NCBI GenBank assembly: GCA_034530875.2
Contig: JAVRCJ020000009.1
Location: 128,001-192,000, forward strand
Reading direction: 5' to 3'
Length of the DNA stretch: 64,000 nucleotides
Source: Nostoc sp. DedSLP01
GTDB lineage: Bacteria; Cyanobacteriota; Cyanobacteriia; Cyanobacteriales; Nostocaceae
Within the stretch, counting starts at the first letter, position 1. The number at the start of each line of letters is the position of its first letter. The translations under genes and the position numbers were made by a program. Below are positions 8,952 to 16,053 of the stretch, piece after piece. The notes beneath the pieces were generated by a model. That model made no database searches. It was given only the letters and a program-made list of their open reading frames with translations, and was not told the DNA's origin.

Positions 8952-9058
8952 TAGCAATTTGAAAGAAGAATGCGACTAATAAAGTGGGTAGGGTAGTACA
9001 GCTAGCTGTGCTACCTTACAAACGATTGATGTCTTGCAAAAATTATTAGAATTCGTAT
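8951..9058. repeat. MITE-like dispersed element with a central GTAG-type REP palindrome
   Basis: Ends ATAGCAATT / AATTCGTAT. Central GTAGGGTAGTACAGCTAGCTGTGCTACCTTAC at 8988-9019. Related copy at 54208. Confidence 0.6.
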
Positions 9059-9088
9059 AGATATTCCACAAAAAAGGCAGTAGCTTTG

Positions 9089-9130
9089 GCTATTGTTAAA
9101 ATTTTCGCAGATGAGGCAGATAAAAATTTG
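9089..9130 (+). repeat. 42-bp imperfect direct repeat, copy 1 (promoter/operator-like)
   Basis: GCTATTGTTAAAATTTTCGCAGATGAGGCAGATAAAAATTTG, 36/42 identical to 9704-9745. Confidence 0.85.
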
Positions 9131-9181
9131 CAAGCCTAACTGTACCTAGTACCATTCCCTGTTAAGTTAAGGAATCAAAGT

Positions 9182-9382
9182 ATGACCGACGAAAGCCAAT
9201 CAAACAACTCAGATGAAGAGGAGTTCGATCCGGTAACAGACCCAAGGGATTGGTCAGCAGCAGAAACAGAGTTAGCCTGTTTTGCGCTTGCTAGAAGCAA
9301 GGGTAAACGGTTGGTTAAAATCATCAATACCAAAAAGCCACCTATGCCGATTATTTGTATTTTTGAGGACTACCCAGAATGA
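9182..9382 (+). CDS. Hypothetical protein, 66 aa, acidic N-terminus
   Basis: AAGGA RBS, ATG start, and ATGA coupling to the next ORF. Confidence 0.7.
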   Translation: MTDESQSNNSDEEEFDPVTDPRDWSAAETELACFALARSKGKRLVKIINTKKPPMPIICIFEDYPE

Positions 9383-9621
9383 CACCCATTGCGGCACAAG
9401 TCTCAATCTCCGAAATCATTCCCATGCTAGCTGCTATCGGAAATCGGCAATGGGAAAAATTCAAAGAACTCGAGGCAGATTTTGTATCCCAATATGGGAT
9501 AGAGGTTTGGCAAGAAGTTTTTAATTTTCGTCTCAAGCCAGCACTGGATAAAGATTCTGACAGATGGCTACTTATCCAGTGGTGTAGTGAGGGAATTATT
9601 TCAGTGAAAAATGTGGGGTAG
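9379..9621 (+). CDS. Hypothetical protein, 80 aa
   Basis: GAGGA RBS; start overlaps the upstream stop; protein-like composition. Confidence 0.7.
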   Translation: MTPIAAQVSISEIIPMLAAIGNRQWEKFKELEADFVSQYGIEVWQEVFNFRLKPALDKDSDRWLLIQWCSEGIISVKNVG

Positions 9622-9703
9622 GTACGACCCTGCAAAGTCAATCACGATTATTGTTTTGATTCCCATCCTAAGGTCAAGATTTTGTGCTTTCACACTATTC
9701 TTA

Positions 9704-9745
9704 GCTATTGTTAAAATTTTCCCAGAGGGCGCAGGTGAAAATTTG
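9704..9745 (+). repeat. 42-bp imperfect direct repeat, copy 2
   Basis: GCTATTGTTAAAATTTTCCCAGAGGGCGCAGGTGAAAATTTG; its last G is the first base of the antitoxin GTG start. Confidence 0.85.
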
Positions 9746-9978
9746 TGAGTTTAAAAGAAGTTATCAGACTAGCAAAGCAACTTTCGACCGTAGACAAGGT
9801 ACGTTTGATCCAGCAAATTGCTCCTGATATAGAACGCGAGTTAACAGATCAATCGTCTATTATTGCCCGCAAATCATTGTGGGGACTGTGTGCTGATTTG
9901 GGGGAAGCACCTTCAGCAGAGGAAATTGATGCAGCCCGTAGTCAAGAATGGGCTGGTTTTCCACGGGAGGATATTTAA
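9745..9978 (+). CDS. Putative antitoxin of a VapBC-type pair
   Basis: 77 aa with acidic C-terminus (SLWGLCADLG...SAEEID); TAATG coupling to a PIN-domain gene. Confidence 0.75.
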   Translation: MSLKEVIRLAKQLSTVDKVRLIQQIAPDIERELTDQSSIIARKSLWGLCADLGEAPSAEEIDAARSQEWAGFPREDI

Positions 9979-10379
9979 TGTTGCGTGCTGTGGCTGACAC
10001 GCATACAGTCATCTGGTACATTTTTGGCGATTTGCGATTATCAACAACTGCCCAGAATACCATAGCCCAAATAGCATCTTCTGGAGATCAAGTTGCTTTC
10101 TCTTCAATTACCCTAGCCGAAATTGTATATTTGAGTGAGAAAGGGCGTATTTCTCCACTGACACTTGAACGGCTGCTTGCATCTGTTGATGCAACTGATG
10201 CTGTACTGGTTGAAGTTTCCTTTAATCGGCAGATAGCCGAAACCTTACCCTTAGTCAATCGCTCACAAGTACCAGATCTACCGGATCGCATTATTGCTGC
10301 TACAGCCTTACATCTTGGAGTACCAGTGATTAGTCGAGATCGCAAAATTCAACTATCTAATGTGAATACCATTTGGTGA
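9978..10379 (+). CDS. vapC: VapC/PIN-domain toxin
   Basis: VADTHTVIW, SSITLAEI, DLPDRIIAATA and ISRD carry the PIN acidic residues. GGAGG RBS and ATG at 9978. Confidence 0.9.
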   Translation: MLRAVADTHTVIWYIFGDLRLSTTAQNTIAQIASSGDQVAFSSITLAEIVYLSEKGRISPLTLERLLASVDATDAVLVEVSFNRQIAETLPLVNRSQVPDLPDRIIAATALHLGVPVISRDRKIQLSNVNTIW

Positions 10380-10446
10380 ATATAAACATTAATTTATGAT
10401 TAGAAATCATCTATAAAACTACTATTTGATGATTTTTGAGTAGATA

Positions 10447-10557
10447 TGTAGTGGACTGACACAGCTAATTTGGTGTATTAGCAAAAATCAAAAACGTTGC
10501 TTTCTATCAATACCTCAAAAATCTATTGCATCATTTTAGTCGTGTCAGTCCGCTACA
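10447..10557. mobile_element. MITE-like element, about 111 bp, with 22-bp imperfect terminal inverted repeats
   Basis: TGTAGTGGACTGACACAGCTAA ... TTAGTCGTGTCAGTCCGCTACA (19/22 complementary), with ATA on both flanks. Confidence 0.65.
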
Positions 10558-10612
10558 ATACTGTAGTTAAGACGAATTTATGAGGATCGAAAAAATTCCC
10601 AGATTTAGCTGA

Positions 10613-11530
10613 TTATCTTTCAAAACATCCTTTCTTAATTTTACTAAAGATAAAAGGTTGCTTTAAATACTCTCCTAACCTAGTTTTGCAAGCAGGTAGT
10701 CCTAATTTGGCGCGAAATTCTTCGTCATATACCGCTTCTTCCCAATTTTGTGCCAATTTAATTTGCTCGGTTGTCAGATTTTTAGCATCGCGAAAGTCTG
10801 TTCTATCTATGCTACTTTGAGTAAAGTCAACATTACGGAGGTTAGCACCTCTTAGATCATTTCCATCCAATTTTGCAGCATTTAATCTAGCACCACTTAG
10901 ATCGAGATTCCTTAAGTCTACATTGACGATTGATTCGCTGTGGCTTAAATCAGCATTTTGTAAGTTTGCCGAGTGAAGGTTAGCATTGCCGAAGCTGGCG
11001 TAAGATAAATTAGCATGATTTAGATTTGCTTGTGATAAATCTACTTTCGTAAAATACGTACCTTTGAAGTTAGCACTACTTAAATCCGCAGCATGGAGAT
11101 TACTATCAGAAATAAATAAGCCAGAGAGATTAGTACCAGAAAAGTTAACTGATTGTAAGTTAACTTTCTGTAACGAAACTTTATAGTCTACATTACAACT
11201 AAAATCAATATCACCCATTTCTGAGAATCCAGATTCTCCACGATCGTTTTCAGATTTATCAGTCCATCGCATCTGTGCTTAGCGTAGATCGGAACCTTGT
11301 AAATTTGCACCATCTAATTTAGCATCTGTCAGTTCAGCTTCTCTTAAATCTGCTCCAGCTAAATCAGCATTTGTTAAATCTGCGCCACCTAAGTCACACT
11401 TGGGACATTTTTTAGTTGTTAGTAACTGCTTTATATGATTGGGATTTGAAGTTCTTTTAGCCTCACAATCTGTACAACCAGAACCAAAAGTGAGTAATAA
11501 AACTGATACAATCAATATTTTGATTTTCAT
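10613..11530 (-). pseudogene. Pentapeptide-repeat lipoprotein interrupted by a single in-frame TAA (11279-11281)
   Basis: The ORFs 11279..11530 and 10613..11272 are in the same frame: ...GAT CTA CGC TAA GCA CAG ATG CGA... There is a signal peptide with lipobox-like FGSGC, a CPKCDL motif, and repeats on both sides of the stop. Confidence 0.78.
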
Positions 11531-12363
11531 ATATTATGAAGCGATCGCCGAGATTGTTTCCACATCAACAACGCCAATACACTCATCAAAAATACTCCCA
11601 TCACTCCTTGTAAAGGATTATTATTCACACCAGTTACCCAATCAGGAACTTCACCAGAATATTTGACTAATTTCCCCACATTAATAATGTAGTAACCCCA
11701 GACTAAACCCCCATGCAAACCAATGGGAAAACCTAAACGTCCTCTATGCCAACGTTTTCCCCATACCTGCGTTAACCCCAGCAATACCAAAGCTGGAAAT
11801 TGCGGTAGTGTCTGAATAATTACTGCTAATGGTTTAATAAAATGCAATGTTGCAAATGCAATTGCATCTGTCCACAATGCTACACGCGGACTATAATCTC
11901 GTTGTAATTCATCTAGCAACCAACCTCGAAATAACAATTCTTCAGCAAAACCAACGCCCAAACTGACAATTAAACCCTCTAAAATAACTTTTAGCAAAAA
12001 AACTTTTGGTTGTTGCCACACCAACCAACCAAACAAACTTTCTACTCCAAAAAGTATGAGAATATTAATTATGCCTATAGCCAAGCCACGCATTAAATCC
12101 ACACCGTTTTGCCGTGTGAATTCTAAGCCATAATGCCGCAGAATTTGGGGCTGCTGGTAGACACGCTTACCCCATAGTCTTAAAAGAATAATAAATAATA
12201 CATATAACAATACCATTGTCAATATACTTACTAAATTTGAATTATTTACTAGTAAGTAAATTGGTGCAGCTAGGGGCAACCATAGCAACAATAAACTCAA
12301 AATAAAATAACCCAGCCTAATAGGGGCAGGGCGTTGGGCTAAACGGACAAGGTTTTTTTTCAT
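11527..12363 (-). CDS. CPBP family intramembrane metalloprotease (Abi/CAAX)
   Basis: AEELLFRG, FATLH and IGLHGG motifs; multiple TM segments. Confidence 0.92.
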   Translation of the reverse strand: MKKNLVRLAQRPAPIRLGYFILSLLLLWLPLAAPIYLLVNNSNLVSILTMVLLYVLFIILLRLWGKRVYQQPQILRHYGLEFTRQNGVDLMRGLAIGIINILILFGVESLFGWLVWQQPKVFLLKVILEGLIVSLGVGFAEELLFRGWLLDELQRDYSPRVALWTDAIAFATLHFIKPLAVIIQTLPQFPALVLLGLTQVWGKRWHRGRLGFPIGLHGGLVWGYYIINVGKLVKYSGEVPDWVTGVNNNPLQGVMGVFLMSVLALLMWKQSRRSLHNI

Positions 12364-12402
12364 ACAAACTAAGTCAGCGATCGCAAATGACCAATGACTA
12401 TT

Positions 12403-12429
12403 GTAGAGACGCGATTAATCGCGTCTCTA
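12403..12429. repeat. GTAG-type REP-like palindrome just after the clpS stop
   Basis: TAGAGACGCGATTAATCGCGTCTCTA, a perfect palindrome. Confidence 0.8.
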
Positions 12430-12708
12430 TTCATCAGGTTCAATCGTGCTACTTAAGCCGTGACTTTTCAATGTTTCGCAATAGAACTCAGCATGTTCCA
12501 GAGCGCAAGTAATCACTAAAGCCATTCCATTAGTATGGGCTTCCATCATGATACTAACAGCCTGGGGTTGGGTAAGGCTCGGTACAGTAGTTATTAGTAC
12601 CTGTACCACGTACTCCATAGGGTTGTAGTCGTCGTTATGAAGCAAAACGCGATACCGAGGCGCGAGCTTGCGGGATGTAGAACGCTGTTCAATGGTTTCA
12701 ACTGACAC
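12427..12708 (-). CDS. clpS: ATP-dependent Clp protease adaptor ClpS
   Basis: YRVLLHNDDYNPMEYVV and IMMEAHTNG motifs; GTG start. Confidence 0.95.
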   Translation of the reverse strand: MSVETIEQRSTSRKLAPRYRVLLHNDDYNPMEYVVQVLITTVPSLTQPQAVSIMMEAHTNGMALVITCALEHAEFYCETLKSHGLSSTIEPDE

Positions 12709-13006
12709 TGCTCTTTGCTCTTTGATCGTTAATTCACTACAACATAGTCTCTGTTAAGCGATCGCTTAACAGTTATTTACCTATTCTATAGTATTTCTGT
12801 TGAGATACTATGCCAGGAAAATCCTTTGGTACTGGCTATTAATTGTATTAATTTTGGCTAGGTAATGGTCAAGCATATCTCTAAGATATCGTTGCCGTAA
12901 GAGTGCTACCCTAATCTTACAGAAGCTTCTTTAAAAGCAGCGCCCTCTCATTTTTAAATTAAAAAAGTTAAAAAACAATTTTTATCGTCGCTTCCCAAAC
13001 TGATTA

Positions 13007-13375
13007 ATGATAGACATGAACTTAGATTTTCTTCAACCGGGACAAATAGTGTCTTTAAAGCATGGTGAGAGGAATCTATATGCAGAAGTCATTCAATTTG
13101 TAGTTTCCCGCCAGTTGTGCTGGGTGCGTCCTTTACTAATGGTAACCTTCATAGAAGAATCGCCCCTAGTTACCGATTTGCGAGATGCATCTGACTTGCT
13201 TTGGCCTGCCGATTTATTTCATCCAGCTTTAGACACAGAAGTAATCACCTTATTGAGCCAAGTTTTAGCAAAACAACCAAAAACAGAGCTTGACTCAGCC
13301 GCAAAACAGCAACTCAATCAGTTTATTCAGCAACTTTGGCAAGCATATCAAGAGGGATTGGGGATTGGTGATTAG
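13007..13375 (+). CDS. Conserved cyanobacterial hypothetical protein
   Basis: 122 aa, LYAEVIQ...RQLCWVRPL...DLLWP. Confidence 0.78.
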   Translation: MIDMNLDFLQPGQIVSLKHGERNLYAEVIQFVVSRQLCWVRPLLMVTFIEESPLVTDLRDASDLLWPADLFHPALDTEVITLLSQVLAKQPKTELDSAAKQQLNQFIQQLWQAYQEGLGIGD

Positions 13376-13483
13376 GGATTGGGCCAAACCCTTCGGGTAG
13401 GGAAAAGGGAAAAGGTGAAAGGGAAAAGGTAGGGTTTTCCGTTTCCCCTTGTTTCCTTGCCCTTTGCCCTCACCAGTCCCCAA
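13354..13483. repeat. Mixed STRR arrays (GGGATTG, GGGAAAA/TTTCCCC) between convergent genes
   Basis: Tandem and inverted heptamers around a small CCCTTCGGG hairpin. Confidence 0.7.
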
Positions 13484-14659
13484 TCACGCGTAACGAATTC
13501 CAGCATCTTTCATTCGTTGAATTCCTTCTCGCAATCGTTCATCAGAGATAGTTAAAGCAATGCGGAAAAAACCTTCGCCATATTTACCGTAACCACTGCC
13601 AGGTGCTACAACAATGCCACATTTGTCGAGTAACAAACTTACAAATTCTGCTGAGGAATATCCTTGAGGAACAGGCGTCCAAACGTAAAGGGTAGCTTGA
13701 GGAGGCTCAATTGGCCAGCCTAGAGATTGCAGTCCATCAATAATAGTGTCACGGCGTTTTTGGTAAACAGACATGATGGCTTGGAGTTGTGCTTCTGTGG
13801 TATTAGAATAAGCTGCGATCGCAGCTCGTTGAATTGCCTTAAACACCCCAGAATCTACATTAGTTTTTACCTGTGCCAAACCTTTAATGCCGATGGAATT
13901 ACCAACAACAAAACCCACTCGCCAACCCGTCATATTGTATGACTTAGATAGACTATGAAATTCGATCGCTATATCTTTTGCACCTGCAACTTGTAGCACG
14001 CTAGGCGATTTGTAGCCATCGTATGCCATTTCTGAATAAGCGTGATCGTGGCATAGCAAAATATCATACTGCTTACAAAAAGCTACCAATTCCTCAAAAA
14101 ATTCTAACGTTGCCAATGCCCCAGTTGGATTATTAGGATAATTAATCCACAACAGCTTTGCCTTGTAAGCTACTTCTTCAGGTATAGTACTCAAATCGGG
14201 CAAAAAACCGTCTTCTGCCTTCAGGGGCATACTAAAAAATTCGCCACCAGCAAAGATTGTCGAAGTCCGGTACACAGGATAACCAGGATCTGGTATTAAC
14301 GTATAGTCCCCTGCTTCTACAAATGCTAAGAAAGTATTATGAATTGCTTCTTTGGAACCAATTGAAGAAACAATTTCTGTATCTGGGTTCAACCCCATCA
14401 CCCCAAACCGGGTTTCCATCCATTTAGCCGCCGCCTCTCGGAACTCTTTCGTACCTTGGTAAGGCGGATAATTGTGCATTGAAGCATTATCAATCGCCTC
14501 ATGCATTACCTGGAGAATATGGGAAGGAGTTGGTTTATCTGGATCGCCAATAGCCATATTGATGATATCAACTCCCTTTGCAACGAGTTCATTCTGTTTT
14601 TTCGCAATTTCAGCAAACAGATAGGGAGGAATTTTTTCTAGGCGTTTAGCGAACTGCAT
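13484..14659 (-). CDS. PLP-dependent class I aminotransferase (LL-diaminopimelate aminotransferase-like)
   Basis: NYPNNPTG, HDHAYSE and FHSLSKSYNMTGWRVG motifs. Confidence 0.9.
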   Translation of the reverse strand: MQFAKRLEKIPPYLFAEIAKKQNELVAKGVDIINMAIGDPDKPTPSHILQVMHEAIDNASMHNYPPYQGTKEFREAAAKWMETRFGVMGLNPDTEIVSSIGSKEAIHNTFLAFVEAGDYTLIPDPGYPVYRTSTIFAGGEFFSMPLKAEDGFLPDLSTIPEEVAYKAKLLWINYPNNPTGALATLEFFEELVAFCKQYDILLCHDHAYSEMAYDGYKSPSVLQVAGAKDIAIEFHSLSKSYNMTGWRVGFVVGNSIGIKGLAQVKTNVDSGVFKAIQRAAIAAYSNTTEAQLQAIMSVYQKRRDTIIDGLQSLGWPIEPPQATLYVWTPVPQGYSSAEFVSLLLDKCGIVVAPGSGYGKYGEGFFRIALTISDERLREGIQRMKDAGIRYA

Positions 14660-14795
14660 GGCGATTTATGAGTAATGCACAATTTCAATGGTCATTAGCA
14701 CAGTTTACGCCACGTTAGGATTTAAATAATCAATACTTTTTTAAAGTTTGATTAATCTAAATCTTAATAAAATTAACTTACATATAGCTACGAAA

Positions 14796-14996
14796 TTAAT
14801 ATCCCAGACTAGAAACCAATTGTATTCGGCCAGCATCCATCTCTGCCATTAATAACTCTAAAGCTTCGTAGTCAACGTCAGAAATGTAACCAAGCTGTGT
14901 TAATTCTGAGTTAATTTCATTTTCTATCTCAGGAGTTAGTTTTTTAATATCAAGAGCTTTTTCTACCAATTTCCGAATAGCATAACTAGTTCTCAT
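14796..14996 (-). CDS. Small conserved cyanobacterial hypothetical protein
   Basis: MRTSYAIRKLVEKAL...DYEALELLMAEMDAGRI; ATG at 14996. Confidence 0.75.
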   Translation of the reverse strand: MRTSYAIRKLVEKALDIKKLTPEIENEINSELTQLGYISDVDYEALELLMAEMDAGRIQLVSSLGY

Positions 14997-15074
14997 AATC
15001 AATAATCCAACTCTCTATGACATTAATTATTCCAGTAAATCTAAGTATAAAAAGCGATCTAACACTACTTTATT

Positions 15075-15090
15075 CGTGATATAGATCACA
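15075..15090. promoter_or_regulatory. Putative CRP-family binding site
   Basis: CGTGA-TATAGA-TCACA, a 9/10 match to TGTGA-N6-TCACA. Confidence 0.6.
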
Positions 15091-15464
15091 ATTTAAGTTA
15101 GTTAGATAAATAATTTGCTGTGAGTTTGCTCGATATCTTCAGTAACAGTAAGGTGCGAGATTTAACTTACTGTTAAGACTTGGCTAAATTAGCTTAAGTG
15201 ATAGACCAGGTAAGTTCCCTCAGGAAAGTTACGGATAATTTTTCTGCTTTACCTTTGTCTATGTTGATTGTTTTTGAACTGAGATAAAAAAAAAGTATAT
15301 GCAAGCACATTTTCAAGTGGAATTATAACAATCTTTAAACAGACATACTAAAGCAATAAAGATTCCGCAAAGAAACCTAAGACGTATGGTCGATGCAACA
15401 GAAAAAAGTTTATGTTCAAATAATTCTTACCTTGACGCTTCAACAACTCTTATAGGATGTAGGT

Positions 15465-15794
15465 ATGCAAGCAGTGCTTCAGTATCCCAAGATTGCACTT
15501 ATTCAACCCCAAGGCTGTTTGAATGCTGCAAACGCCTTGGAGTTTGAAAAAAATCTGATCGCAGAGCTAAAAAAAAATGATATCTCCGTCTTAGTAGTAG
15601 ATTTAGCAGCAGTAGACTCCTTAGACAGTGCAGGGTTGATGGCACTCTTATCTGCACACAAACTGGCTGTTAGTTTAGGACGGAGTTTCCAACTTTGCAG
15701 TGTTGCTCCGTCAATCAAAATTATTTTTGAACTGACGCAACTTGATAGAGTTTTTGAAATTTTAGAAAGTGAAGCTGACTTGTCTGCAACATAA
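15465..15794 (+). CDS. STAS-domain anti-sigma factor antagonist
   Basis: VVDLAAVDSLDSAGL and IIFELTQLDRVF motifs. Confidence 0.92.
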   Translation: MQAVLQYPKIALIQPQGCLNAANALEFEKNLIAELKKNDISVLVVDLAAVDSLDSAGLMALLSAHKLAVSLGRSFQLCSVAPSIKIIFELTQLDRVFEILESEADLSAT

Positions 15795-16053
15795 ATTTAT
15801 ATATAGTAATCCGATGCGATCGCTGCATCAATCGTAGAAACAGGAAACCCAGAACAGGCAAAAAATGTACCTAGCTTTGCAACAATCAAGTAGGTGTCGT
15901 AGAGAAAGCTATGTAACACCAACAAAGTTTAGGTATAAAGCAAACTTATGTAAAGGAGTTATAAGTTGTAACGAAAAACTTTGTTGAAAAACCTAATTAA
16001 ATGCTAAGGTTAGGGCTGAGTAACTGTGATTAAGGTAGCTCGAAGATAGCATA

